This document shows positions 51,251 through 64,000 of a DNA stretch of 64,000 nt, piece after piece (within the stretch, counting starts at the first letter, position 1; each line of letters begins with the position of its first letter). The stretch is from Macrostomum lignano (lineage: Eukaryota): contig NIVC01002232.1 in assembly GCA_002269645.1 (NCBI GenBank), positions 1 to 64,000 of the forward strand. Direction: 5' to 3'. The translations under genes were made by a program, and so were the position numbers. The notes under the pieces are model-generated. The model was given only the letters and a program-made list of their open reading frames with translations. It was not told the DNA's origin and did no database searches.

Positions 51251-52573
51251 CTAAACGTAGCGATATGGCGGATGCCCGTCGCCTCGTCGCTGCTGGTCGG
51301 ACTGATGACCGCGGAACACGGAGCCATTTTTAGCGGCGCGCGATTCAGCCTCCAGCGTCATCACCGGGATCACCATAGACGGTGATGCGTGCAAAGCAGA
51401 CGGATCGTTATTGATCATGTCGGCGTCGGACTTCACGTAGGGCAGCAATTTGATGCGCTGAGCCTCGCGATTCTGATCATATTTGGCTTTGTTATAAAGC
51501 AGTACGCCAAGAATGGCCATGCCCATGCCAACACAGTTGGCCGTAGTGACGGGATTTTGTAGTATCACAAGAGACATTAGGATCACGGCGATGCGTTTGC
51601 TAGCATTGGCCACGGCATACGATAGCGGAGTGACTAATGCGATCATGGTGAACGCGATCACGTTCTGGGCAAAGTTAAGAAAGCCGTCCAGCAGCAAAAG
51701 GCCAACTACCCAAGTCCAATCCGTGCCAGCCATGGAGTCCCAGTTCGACAGGACGTAGCGAACGTCAAATATTAGCCAGACAGGCAGAAACAAGAGACAG
51801 GAGATTCTGGCCAACACCAATAGCAAGCGAATGTGATGCATTCGAGTCTCTTTAAGACACTTCTTTGAGAACACGTTCTGCAGAGAGAAAGCCAAAGTAG
51901 CTAACAGTGCGCTAAGCAAGCCGGTGATGTCGAAGCTGAGCTCAGTTAGTGTGGCAATAATTACTCCAGTGACTATTGGCGTTAACGACAGGTACACTAG
52001 CCAAGTCTGGCGTTCGCGCAAGATAATTCTAGACAGGAATACAACAAATATTGGCATAGAAGCTTTGACTGTGTGCGCGTAGCTAATCGGCACTTTCCAG
52101 ATCGATATGTGAGCCGACACGGCGGCAATGAATTTGCCAAATGCCAACGGAACAATCATAGTGGCGTAATAGCGCCAGCCTATTAAATTCCATCGCACTG
52201 GCGGCACGCGCCAATACATGGCCAGCGGCTGGCTAAACAGAGCAGTTGATAACAACTGGAACAGAGTGGCCGTGGCCGGATAGGGATAATAAGTTAGCAG
52301 ACTCTTCCCAATTATGTTATTAGTTGAGCTGACTGTGTACCAGCACAGGCACAGGAACAATACTTTGCAGCACAGCATAGCATTGTCCTTGTCGCAGCCC
52401 GCATCGTCTTCGGCATCGCCGCCGCCGGGGTGCTGCGAAACCATCGGGACTGAGTGCTTTGCTCCACCGCGCCTGTCCTCAATGTCGCTCTCTGATAGGT
52501 CCGGCATCTCGGCATCGTCGCCATCAGAGATGGTCCGCGATCCGCCAAAGCGGGCCTTTTTAAATACCGGCAT
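51251..52573 (-). CDS. SLC35E1: SLC35E1-like nucleotide-sugar/triose-phosphate transporter family protein, 440 aa, intronless CDS
   Basis: CLCWYTVSSTNNIIGK, SIWKVPISYAHTVKASMPIFVV, LATLTELSFD, FSLQNVFSKK, ANASKRIAVI motifs; multiple TM segments; first ATG at 52573. Confidence 0.92.
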   Translation of the reverse strand: MPVFKKARFGGSRTISDGDDAEMPDLSESDIEDRRGGAKHSVPMVSQHPGGGDAEDDAGCDKDNAMLCCKVLFLCLCWYTVSSTNNIIGKSLLTYYPYPATATLFQLLSTALFSQPLAMYWRVPPVRWNLIGWRYYATMIVPLAFGKFIAAVSAHISIWKVPISYAHTVKASMPIFVVFLSRIILRERQTWLVYLSLTPIVTGVIIATLTELSFDITGLLSALLATLAFSLQNVFSKKCLKETRMHHIRLLLVLARISCLLFLPVWLIFDVRYVLSNWDSMAGTDWTWVVGLLLLDGFLNFAQNVIAFTMIALVTPLSYAVANASKRIAVILMSLVILQNPVTTANCVGMGMAILGVLLYNKAKYDQNREAQRIKLLPYVKSDADMINNDPSALHASPSMVIPVMTLEAESRAAKNGSVFRGHQSDQQRRGDGHPPYRYV

Positions 52574-53681
52574 TAAAGTATTGGCTGGCAATAAGATAGG
52601 ATTGTTGGGAATTAATTGGCAGTTAAGCACAGAAGTTAGTTAAGAAGAGATTTAGTATATTGTGAAATCAACTGTGCCAAGTAAGGCGCCTTCTAGTTGC
52701 ATTTTATCTTTTAAGAATAAAAATCATTTTAGGATAGGCTGTTCAACATTAGTAGACAGACTAATCCATAAAGTACTAACATTGCTACTCATAGTAATAT
52801 ACTACTACTTCTCTAATAAGTAAAATTCTAGATTTTTTTAATGTCAAGCTGCTTATTTAATTTATTTTGTATTGAAGGGGGGCGATTTTAAACCATTTTA
52901 TTTAACTACTAAATCCGATTTTGAGGCACATTGACTAATCTTTTGCTAATTTGACAATTTAAAACAATTTCTAATCTAATTTTAAAGTCATTCTTTCTAT
53001 AACATTGAAAGTAAAATAATAAAGCCAATTTCTAATCATTATCATTTCCTCAAACTTTGAAATTTTAGATAAAAGCTATAAAAAGCTTTACAGTTTTTCA
53101 ACTTTTAGAAAAAGTAAGTATTTAAGTATGTTACTATTTTTAAGGATGATCACTGGATACTGCTAGTATAATATGACATTAGTTAAGATTTTATACTCTT
53201 TAAAGGAAACAAAAGACAGCTGGCAAAAAAGAACTATGCTAGCAAAATGTCACTTTAGTTTTTCTGGTTTTTTACTACCCTCAATATTATTTGCCATAAC
53301 CTACTTTGCCAAACTAGTTCATTTTATAGAAAGGTTTTGCTCTATGTGAGTTGATTTGAGTCAGTTTTATTTGCTGCTTCTATTACATATGACATACAAC
53401 TAGTATCTTTCTGTAGCTACAGATATGGCTATGGGAAGTTATGCATATGGAGTATTTTATATAGAACATATAGACACAAGTATTGTTATAGAATATAGTT
53501 CACATGTCTAGCTCTCATATTTAATAATATTGAGGCTACTTAATAACTGAGACTTAAAAGACTTAAAAGACCATTGGCAGCCTTCATTTCATGGGTGAGG
53601 AAAGATAAAAAATAGAGCAAAATGGACTTAAGCAACAAAATTTTTTCAACATTACATTTATGCACAATGTATAGTTCAAGT

Positions 53682-54069
53682 CAGGAGCCAGCAAACTGTT
53701 TACCTCAAGGGCGAGACAGAGAAACTAAAGTATGACTGCGGGCTAGAACAAGGGAGAAAGAGGAGAGGGAATAAAAGTGATAAGGGAGATAGGGAAAAGA
53801 GAGGCAAAGGAATAAAGGAGAAGAGAAGAGAAAAGAGGAAAGAAGAAAAGATAAGACAAGAAGAGAGGAGAGATCAGAGGAGAAGAGATTGGATAAAGGA
53901 GAGGAAAAGAGAGGAAAGGAAATAGGAAATTAGAGAAAACAATACTGAGAAGAGATATAAATGTTGAGCAGACTAGATTGCTATTATGAAGTTTCAAAGG
54001 CCTGAGGGCTGGATAGAAAGGCTTTGCAGGCTGCATGTGGCCCATGGGCTAGAGTTTGCCAATACCTAG
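53682..54069 (-). mobile_element. hAT-like MITE remnant (second copy, GA-rich internal tract)
   Basis: Imperfect TIRs caggagccagcaaact / agtttgccaatacctag; homologous to 29184-29585. Confidence 0.45.
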
Positions 54070-54411
54070 TTTAGGTGATAAGACCTAAAGTTAAGAAAAG
54101 ATGTCTATTAGTAAATGATAACTGAATTATTCCTATAATTCTATACTTCACTATTATAAGAAATTATAGAAACATTGTATACTAAACAATATAAGTGGTC
54201 AAAAAGTTTTTGTAGCTTTTGGTATTCTATATCTAAATCCTAATTTGCCAAATTAAAAACCAAGATGCCAAGCTATTCCTAATAAGGGTAAATCCCAAAG
54301 TCATGTGGCCTGCCTATGCCACAGATGTTTCTGGTATATATTAAGAGCCCTTAATACACTTGGTGCATATAAGGAGTCCTTGATGCACTTGGTATATAAT
54401 CATAGCATATA

Positions 54412-56758
54412 CTAGCAATCTTCGCCCCCCGATGGGGGACATCTGGATAGAATCTTTGTTCTTTACAAGTAACAAATAGACAACGAAAAAACAGCAGACA
54501 TTTCCTCTAAAAAGAAAACATCCCAAGACAGCAAGCATCCCCAGACAGCATGCAAGCATCCCCAGACAGCATGCAAGCATCTCCCCCATAGCAAGCATCC
54601 CCCCAGATAGCAAGCTCCCCCCAAATACAATAGCAAGAAGCATCTTCCAGATAGCAAGCATCATCCAGATGGAAACCCCTCCCCCCAAGATAGCAAGTAC
54701 CCCCCCCCCAAGAGCAAGCCTCTTGCCTCCCCAATATCAAGCATCCCCAGACAGCATGCAAGCATCCCCAGACAGCATGCAAGCATCCCCCAGATAGCAA
54801 GAACCCCCCCCCCCCCCCAGATAGCAAGCATCCCCCTGATAGCAGTAATATATCCTTAAATAGCAAGCATCCACCAAGACAACAAGTAGCTAGTGCAATA
54901 ATATCCTTCGTTTTATAGTGGCCCCTTTATGTTTCGCATGAAGCTGCTTTTTACATTTGAAATGGTGGCTCTATTATGTTTGACATGGTGGCTCTTTAAT
55001 GTTCGACATGGAGTCATGTATATGTTTCACATGGTAGCTCTTTAATGCTTGACATGGTGGCTCTTTAATGTTTGGCATGGTGGCTCTCTTATGTTTGACA
55101 TGGTGGCTCTTTGATACTCGACATGTTGGCTCTTTAATGTCTGACATGAAGTCACGCATATGTTTGACATGGAATCATGTATATGTTTGACATGGTGGCT
55201 CTTTTATGTTTGACATGGTGGCTCTTTAATGTTCGACATCGTGGCTCTTTAATGTTTGACATGGTGCTCTTTAATGTTTGACATGGTGGCTCCTTAATGT
55301 TCGACATGGAGTCACGTATATGTTTGACATAATTGCTTTTTTACTTTTGACATGATGGCTCTTTTACGTTTGAAATGGTGGCTCTTTTACGTTTGAAATG
55401 GTGTCTCTGTTATGTTTGACATGGTGGCTCTTTAATGTTTGACATGGTGGCTCTTTTATGTTTGCCATGGCGGCCCTTTTACGTTTGAAATGGTGTCTCT
55501 GTTATGTTTGACATGGTGGCTCTTTAATGTTTGACATGGAGTCACGTATATGTTCGACATAGTGGCTCTTTTATGTTCGAAAAAGTGGTTCTTTAATGTT
55601 CGACATGGTGGCTTTTTAATGTTTGACGTGGTGGCTTTTAATGTTCGACATGGTGGCTCTTTAATGCTCGACATGGTGGCTCTTTTAAGTACGACAAAGT
55701 AGCTCTTAATGTTTGACATGGTGGCTCTTTAATGTTCGACATGGTGGCTCTTTTATGTTTGACATGGTGGCTCTTTTATATTCGACATGGTGGCTCTTTA
55801 ATGTTCGACAAAGTGGTTCTTTATTGTTCGACATGGTGGCTCTTTAATGCTCAATATGGTGGCTCTTTTAAGTACGACAAAGGGGCTCTTGAATGTTTGA
55901 CATGGTGGCTCTTTAAAGTTCGACATGGTGGCTCTTTTATGTTTGACATGGTGGCTCTTTAATGTTCTACATGGTGGCTCTTTTATGTTTGACAAGGAGT
56001 CACGTATATATAATTTATATGGAGTCACAAATATGTTTGACATTGGAGTCACATATGTGTTTGACATGGTCGCTCTTTAATGCTCTATATGGTGGCTCTT
56101 TTATGTTTGACATGGTAGCTCTTTAATTTTCGACATGGTGCCACTTGTATGTTTGACATTGTGCTTCTTTTCTGTTTAGCAGTTTCGTATTTTCAAGGTG
56201 TTTTAATAAAAAAATTATTTTGCACTACCAAGATTCGAACCCAGGTCGCTACATTGGCAGTCAAGTCTGTTCGTATCTAGGCTATCTCTTTTAGATTGGA
56301 GTACATGAATTGTGGCCCTTATAATTCAATTCTTACAGCAAGTCAATTGGAGTAAAATTATGACATAATCAATTTCTCAGTCAGCCAGTATCAGTCTCAA
56401 TTCAAGTTAGCAATATTGGTTACACAATTTAAATCAAGTCGTGTGTGCATTTCTTAAACACTGTTTTCAATTTGCTGTGATGTAATCTTTATTAGAATTG
56501 AAATTCAGTCAGTCAGGTTTTTCTCTAGCATTCTTACAATGCATTTCAAGTCGAAAATTTTGCTTGACCTTTGCAAAAAAGCATGTTTTTCGAATATTTA
56601 ATCCCTTTAACATTGAGCAATTTCTTAGCCAAGATGCATGTACCGTCCCAGGAAAATTTCTGACCGAATGGTGCAAATTTGAAGAAAATCGGTTGAGCTT
56701 TTTTTTCTGAAATCTATCGCATAGCTAGATACAGACTAATCATTTTTAGTATATACGA
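54412..56758 (-). mobile_element. Non-autonomous Helitron copy A (2.35 kb)
   Basis: On the minus strand: 5' TCGTATATACTAAAAATG, 3' hairpin (54424-54440) then CTAG followed by T. Internal 18-bp and 23-bp arrays and a tRNA-like SINE (56225-56285); homologous to copy B. Confidence 0.85.
54950..56160. repeat. 23/24-bp array (atgtttgacatggtggctcttta) inside Helitron A; inverted counterpart 58890-59860
   Basis: Read directly from the sequence. Confidence 0.95.
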
Positions 56759-57053
56759 GGCCAACTCCTCCTCTGGAGGAGAAAGCGGAAGAACTCCCAT
56801 GACCGGAATTCCATTCCCTGAACTCCATCAGCTGAATCCCAAGACCCGAATCCCATCATTTAACTGTTCTCCAAATCCATCAAAATCCTCTCCGTGAAAC
56901 TGACATTCATCAAAATCCTCTCCGAGAAACAGAAATCCTCTCCGTGAAACTGACATCCATCAAAATCGTCTCCGCGAAACAGAAATTCTCTCCATAAAAC
57001 TGGACTGAATCGAAATTTTCTCTATCAAAAAGAATCAACTCTCAGGATTTAGT

Positions 57054-57078
57054 GGTTAGGGTTAGGGTTAGGGTTAGA
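57054..57078 (+). repeat. Short interstitial (TTAGGG)n tract
   Basis: ggttagggttagggttagggttagag. Confidence 0.85.
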
Positions 57079-58305
57079 GCTACAATGCAGCAGCGTGTTG
57101 AAAGGTGCCGATAAAAAATTGAACCAATTGAATTCATTGAATGCGCAACCGATTTCACAGTCAGTCAGTATCAGTCTCGGTAAAAGTTAACAAAAAGATT
57201 GCGCAAACTAAATCAACCCTCCAATACACAGCGACTGACCGCCTTCCAATACGCAGTGGCAATTAAAAGTTGAACCCCCTCCCCCTCCCACCAACTGTTG
57301 GGGGGTTGGTCGAACCCCCATTGAACTCCAAAATGAGTACACTGAAGAAAGTTAAAAGTATGGAAATCGTTTTTAAATGCTGTGCTTTTTTGTTTTCACA
57401 TTTAAAGCAAACAACATATATCCCTGAACTCAGTATTGCAAGATCTTTCTAGCAATATAAGTCTCTCCTCTGAAAGTTTAAAACTCGAGGAACAGTTAGC
57501 GTTTGAAATTTCCTGATTTAAAGCATTGAAGTATTGAGTGTACGTTCACTGCCTGCTAAAGAGGCTCGCAAGTTTATTCATTGAATTTTACTGCCCAGAA
57601 AATACACATGGCTGCCTATTGAATGGTGCCGATAATAAAACCAATTAAATCTCGACACAGTCCTAGCTATCTCCTTACACTGTACAACTGCTATGTACAC
57701 TCAGCCCAAGCCCAAACCCCCATTCCGGGGGAATCGTTAAATTTAATTGAACCCCCCAACACGCGGGGGGGGGGGGTTATTTGCATTGAACGTGGAACAC
57801 GCGCACCCACCACCCCTCAATACACAGCGGCCCACGGGCGGAGGTTGGGGTGGCTATTTTTACAAACTGGCTGCAGCCCCAGGCAGAGTGGCCAAAGAAG
57901 GTTATTAAGGGTTAAAAAACAGTTTTCTGCTTTTTTAGGGATCTTTAAATGTAAAAATGAAAGATTAAAATAGCTATAAACCCAATCCGGAAAATTTGCA
58001 GTTTTCCCATATAAGTTTCAACGCTGACTTGCCAGTAGTCTAGGAGAAAAATTGCAACACACAGACAAACAACGCACCACTTTTAGTTTTAAAAGGATTA
58101 AGTCTTTAATGTATGCACTGCACTTCTTTAATGATTTTTTATAAAACATATAATTATTAGCTACTCAAAGTTACCCTTTTAATATATAATTTTTATGCAT
58201 ATTGTACGTTTTAAAAGCTTTTAGGCATGTTTAAAATCTAAATTAAAGGTTTCTATCTAGCTATAGGTTCAAAAAGATAATTATATTAAAAATAGTAGAT
58301 TAGAA

Positions 58306-60717
58306 TCCTATATACTAAAAATGAGTTGTCTGTCGGTATGCGATAGATTTCAGAAAAATTGGCTCAACCGATTTTCTTCAAACTTGCACCATTTGATCAG
58401 AAATTTTCCTGGCACGGTACATGCATCCTCGCTAAGAAATTGCTCAATGTTAAAGGGATTAAATATTCGAAAAACATGCTTTTTTGCAAAGGTCAAGCCA
58501 AATTTTCGACTTGAAATGCATTGTAAGAATGCTAGAGAAAAAACTGACTGACTGAATTCCGATTGTGCTAAAGATTGCATCACAACAAGTTGAAAACAGT
58601 GTCAAAGCAATGCACACACGACTTGAATGAAATTGCGTAACCATATTGCCAACTTAAATTGAGACTGATACTGGCTGACTGAGAAATTGATTATGTCATA
58701 ACTTTTTACTCCAATTGACTTGCTGTAAGAATTGAATTATAAGGGCCACAATTCATGTTCTCCAATTGAAAAAAGATAGCCCTGATGCGAACAGACTGGA
58801 ATGCTAATGTAGCAACCTGGATTCGAATCTGAGTAGTGCAAAAAAGATTTTTTTTATTAAAACACCTTTAAAACACAAAACTGCTAAACATGTCGAACAT
58901 TAAAGAGTTACCATGTCAAACATAAAAGAGCCACCATGTCAAACCTAAACGAGTCACCATGTCTAATATTTAAGAGGCACCATTTCGAACATTAAAGAGC
59001 CACCATTTTGAACATAAAAGAGCCACCATGTCGACCATAGAAGAGCCACTATTTAGAACATCAAAGAGCCACTATGTCAAACATTTAGGAGCCACTTTTT
59101 TCAAACATTAAAGAGCCACCATGTCAAACATAAAAGAGCCACCATGTCTAACATTACAAAGCCACCATGTCTAACATTACAAAGCCACCATTTCAAACAT
59201 TAAAGAGCCATCATGTCGAACATTAAAGAGCCACCATGTCTAACATTTAAGAGCCACCATGTCTAACATTAAAAAGCCACCATTTCAAACATTAAAGAGC
59301 CATCATGTCGAACATTAAAGAGCCACCATGTCTAACATTAAAGAGCCACCATGTCTAACATTAAAGAGCCACCATGTCTAACATTAAAGAGCCACCATGT
59401 CGAGAACTAAAGAGCCACCATGTCCAACATATATGTGACTTCATGTCAAACATTAAAGAGCCACCATGTCTAACATTAAAGAGCTATCATGTCAAACACA
59501 AAAGAGCTACCATGACAAATATAGAAGAGCCACCATGTCTAACATTAAAGAGCCACCATGTCTAACATTAAAGAGCCACCATGTCGAGAACTAAAGAGCC
59601 ACCATGTCCAACATATATGTGACTTCATGTCAAACATTAAAGAGCCACCATGTCTAACATTAAAGAGCTATCATGTCAAACACAAAAGAGCTACCATGAC
59701 AAATATAGAAGAGCCACCATGTCAAACATTAAAGAGCCACCATGTCAAACATAAAAGAGCCACCATGTCTGACATTAAAAAGCCATCGTTTCAAACATAA
59801 AACAGTTGCCATGTAGAACTTAAAACAGCCACCATGTCAAACATAAAATTTACACAATTTCAAACATAAAAGTAAGCGAATTTTAAAGGAGCCACTATAA
59901 TGCTAAGGAAATTGTCGCACTAGCTACTTATTGTCTGGTGGATGCTTGCTATTTGGGGATGCTATCTATGTAGGGGATGCTTGCTCTCTGGAAGATGCTT
60001 GCTATCTGGGGATGCTTGCTAACTGGGGGATGCTTGCTATCTTGGGAATGCTTGCTATCTGGGATGCTTGGTATCTGGGGGATGCTTGCTATCTGGGGGA
60101 TGCTTGCTATCTGGGGGATGCTTGCTATCTGGGGGATGCTTGCTATCTGGGGGATGCTTGCTATCTGGGGAATGCTTGCTATCTGGGGGATGCTTACTAT
60201 CTGGGGTCTGGGGGAATGCTTGCTATCTGGGGGATGCTTGCTATCTGGGGTTGCTTTCTATCGGGGGGGATGCTTGCTATCTGGGGTTGCTTTCTATCGG
60301 GGGGATGCTTGCTATCTGGGGTTGCTTTCTATCGGGGGATGCTTGCTATCTGGGGTTGCTTTCTATCGGGGGGATGCTTGCTATCTGGGGTTGCTTTCTA
60401 TTGGGGGGATGCTTGCTATCTGGGGTTGCTTTCTATCGGGGGGATGCTTGCCATCTAGGGTTGCTTTCTATCGGGAGGATGCTTGCTATCTGGGGGATGC
60501 TTGCAGTCTGGGGGATGCTTGCAGTCTGGGGGATGCTTGCTATTTGGGGATCGATGCTTGAGTGCTGTCTGAGGATGCTTGCTGTCTTGGGATGTTTTGT
60601 TCTTAAGAGGGAATGTCTGTTGTTTTTTAATGAAGGCTTTTTTTGTTGTCTATTTGTTATTTGTAAAGAACAAGGATTCTATCCAGATGTCCCCCATCGG
60701 GGGGCAAAGATTGCTAG
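58306..60717 (+). mobile_element. Non-autonomous Helitron copy B (2.41 kb)
   Basis: A|TCCTATATACTAAAAATG...; 3' GTCCCCC-ATC-GGGGGGC hairpin (60689-60705) ~9 nt before CTAG|T. This fits Helitron termini and the AT target site; no RepHel ORF. Confidence 0.9.
59940..60600. repeat. 18-bp array (gatgcttgctatctgggg) inside Helitron B; inverted counterpart 54520-54850
   Basis: Read directly from the sequence. Confidence 0.95.
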
Positions 60718-63700
60718 TTTTTTACTATTTTGCAAAGTTACAAGTTGGACAAAGTTAAAAATAAGTTTTTGTAAGACTAAAAGTTCTATAAATAGACAAA
60801 TAGAAGTCTATTGAATATAAAAAAATTACCCAATTTCTTTTACATACTATTATAAAATTATTTTAATTGCCTTTTTATTTCTTTTATTTAATATTTTTCC
60901 CAAAAAGTAACATTTTTAATTTGAACATCTAGTTTTCAATGAAAGTCCATTAACCAAAATGCCTAGTTGCCATTTTGTTTTATTATAGTTTTTATATGTT
61001 AGGGCACTTGAAATAGCATAAAATGGTATGCAAATTTTCTCAAAAAAATATTATAGTGCACACTGTGCTATGGTATAAGACCTAAAGAACAAAGATATCA
61101 TGGCCTTTCCTAAGTTGCAGCCAAAAAATTATGCAATACCTCTTTAGCTAGTTATGTATAAATATAAATCCATTAAATATTATAGTCTTAGAAGGTTGGT
61201 ATAGGTTGCATCATTACTTTTTAAAAAATTGATATGTAATTGTTTTTTATCTATCCTAGACTCATTACCCTTTCTTAGTGATAGTTTTCCTTTGTTTTAC
61301 CAAACAATACATTAAAAACTATCTTTAAAAATTAGCAAAAATAGTAGATAGAAACAGAACAACAAAACTACTTAATTCCATAAAAATACTATACCTTGCA
61401 TCTAAATATGTTGGGAATAGGCCATAGTTTGGAAGGCAATATATATGCCAGGATTTCTAGGTATACAACAAGGGTACTTGCCATTTTTCAGCATATATTA
61501 GCATATATCCCAGTATATATGACATAGTAGAAAATTTTCAGCTTATATCTGTCATATCTATATAATCATAATCAATTAAAGTGACTTTACATAAAATACA
61601 CTAGCTATATACAAATTGTCAATATAGGACAAAGAATAATAAAAAACAATTTTAAACTTTGTGCCTTAATCCTTAAAGTATTTAAAGTATTGCTTTTCTT
61701 AGTGCATATTGCAAGTGTGTAATCTTTAAGTCTATTATTTTGTATAAATAATGAATTCAAGAATGAAAAAAGTATATAACTTCAGCATACATAGTTGAAA
61801 ACATTTTTGGTTTCCAGTCATTTTGTCTGCAGCCTTTTCATTTGCTAGCAAAAAACAACTTTTTTAAAAAGAAAAAGAAAAATATAGCTGCATAACTTGT
61901 AAAACTTTTTTATAATAAGATATTGCAAGTCATGCAAATAGTTATTATAAGATATCTTTTTCAATTAGCAACTTTGTTTATTACATTATTTCAAAGAAAT
62001 ATATTTAATTTAAATATTGTGGTAGGCTGGTCTACCACTGGGATGAACGACGGAAGGCCTCCAGCGCGGACAATGGCGGGACGACCAGCTAGACTCCATT
62101 GGATGATGGTTGACGTCATGCTTTCAATGTTTGTTCCCATGTTTGTTCCCCCAGTTGTCCCCACCCTTGCTCCTTTGTCTGCTCCTTTTGCTGTTCCCTC
62201 CCATGGCCTTTGTTGTTTTAGTGCTTCCAGTGGCCGGGTTTTTCCCTTTTTCCTTTGTTGTCCCTTCCCTTGTCCCATCCTTTGTCCTACTTCCTGGGTT
62301 ATCCATGCCAAATTAATATTTATAACATTGTTGTTGGAACCTTTTGCTTATGCACTTTGCTTGCTTTGCTCTTTACTTTACTTTTGTTCTCTCTTGTGAC
62401 TTGACGAGTCTGCTGTTAATATTTAATTTGCATTTAACTAGAACAGCCTTCTCGACTAAATGCTAGTAATTTATTAGCTCACCCTTGGCATGGCTGAATC
62501 CATCTCTGGAGGTTTTTCTTTTAAAACTTAACGATAATAGTAATAATTATTTAACTATTACTTTAATAATAACAATAATAATAAGTTTCCAATAATAATA
62601 ATAATTGCTTATTCAGTTGTTCTTAATCGAAGCCTTTAGTCTATATTGAGTCATTTGCCTGCAGGGCATAAAATAACCTATCAGTCTCAACTCAAAGAAA
62701 GCTCTGAGACCCTCATCATTCCGTAATATGAAATTATGGTGGTGGCAGCGCTACTTTACTACTGACAGTAACAAATGAGCATTTTGACAGTTTACAATTT
62801 TTACGGTGTCTGAGGACCCATTCTGAACGACCGGGCTGCTACAAGACTGCTTGTCTACAATTACAACTACCCTCCCCCCCCAGAATTGAGGACCCCGGCA
62901 GACAGAGTATCCAAGGTGAAGAATCTGCACATCATTTGTGAAATTTTCTGGCTTTACGAGTGCCGAGACAACATTGGTAGAAATTCAAATGTAGAATCTG
63001 CCCCACCTCATTGGTGTCAACCAACAATTCAAACCACTGATTTCAAAAAAAACCTTTTAAATCTTCTCCATTCCTATCTCAATATCCATTGAAAAAGTTT
63101 TAAGACAATTAGTTGTTAGTGAATCAGAAAGCAGAATAGTTGGTAATTGAATATGATTGTGATTGGCCAGCTATTGTAAGCATTGCTATGATCCCTGGCC
63201 CTATCCTATCTAATGATGATAATGCATTTGTTGTCCTGTTGCAAAGTTAATTCATAATAAACAAAAATATGATACAGTCATATGATGCAGTCATGATACA
63301 GTCTGCTAATGAAATATTAAATATGATAGCAGTATTTATGTATATATAAAATTTTAAAAATATCTAACATATTAAGATATTTTTATGTTTAAAAATATCT
63401 TAAATGTACTTATAATAAAGATAATAAACTCTTTTTTAAAAGTACAAGTACATCTAAAAACATTATTATCCAAAATACCTTACCAAATATTAACTTAACT
63501 TGTATATCAACTTTTTGTAGACAAAAAAGTGGCAGACAAACTAGTAGTAGACAAAATGAATATCAACCCATTTTTTGTCCTAGCACATAAAATGGGACTA
63601 TGAGTAAAAATAGACCATACAAATGTGGTCCTATACTTTTCCCCTATTAGACCCAGTATATACTAATATATAATCTGAACTATAGGGTATAGGTTGTTTT

Positions 63701-63893
63701 AATGACAAATCATTTGGGTAATAGGTAGAGTTCCACTATAACCAAAATTTTTCTAGCTATCTATATTTATAGCAATATCTTAAAAACTTTCCCATAGCCT
63801 TGCCTATCCCTATAAAGTGCTAACGAATTTTGCAATTACAAACAAATTTGGCAAAAGCAAATTTAGTGATAATCTAGGCAAATTTAGCAACAA

Positions 63894-64000
63894 CTAGCAA
63901 TCTTCGCGCCCCCGTTGGGGGAAATCTGGATAGAATCTCTGTTCTCTACAAGTAACAAAAAGACAGCCAATTAAGCCTTCACAAAGACAACAGACAAACT
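63894..64000 (-). mobile_element. 3' end of a third Helitron copy, extending beyond the window
   Basis: a|ctagcaatcttcgcgcccccgttgggggaaatctggatagaatct...tacaagtaacaaa matches 54411-54480. Confidence 0.85.

Noticed and set aside
54412-60717. A single foldback/TIR DNA transposon
   Set aside because: Each arm has its own Helitron 5' TC and 3' hairpin-CTAG ends, the arms are diverged, and no TSD is evident.
61923-62399. GC-richer island with overlapping ORFs in AT-rich DNA
   Set aside because: Low-complexity translations in all frames, no recognisable domain and no clear exon boundaries.

Overview
Animal genomic DNA, not prokaryotic. The gene set, GC-rich exons and minisatellite-filled introns suggest a lophotrochozoan, possibly a Macrostomum-like flatworm (inference only). 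Layout: (1) bases 1-8775 are an almost perfect giant palindrome of two ~4.35-kb arms with no credible ORF. It has a T/Y-shaped hairpin at its centre and a similarly built T-shaped hairpin near each outer end, both flanked by short iterated motifs. (2) 3' exons of a probable RRM protein (~9.8-10.1 kb). (3) A three-exon calcitonin-type neuropeptide precursor (16325-18161). (4) A five-exon, 7-cadherin-repeat delta-type protocadherin (21361-38644). (5) Three consecutive minus-strand genes: an FNBP4-like WW protein (39669-44385), a divergent eIF4E with a long 11-aa-repeat N-terminal extension (45063-48007+), and an intronless SLC35E1-like transporter (51251-52573). (6) Three copies of a non-autonomous Helitron family (54412-56758 -, 58306-60717 +, 63894-end -), two of them head to head. 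More than 20 different tandem arrays occur, most filling introns almost to the splice sites. Most ORFs in the supplied track are repeat-derived or antisense artefacts. Exon models were built by eye from splice signals and reading-frame continuity; no database searches were run.
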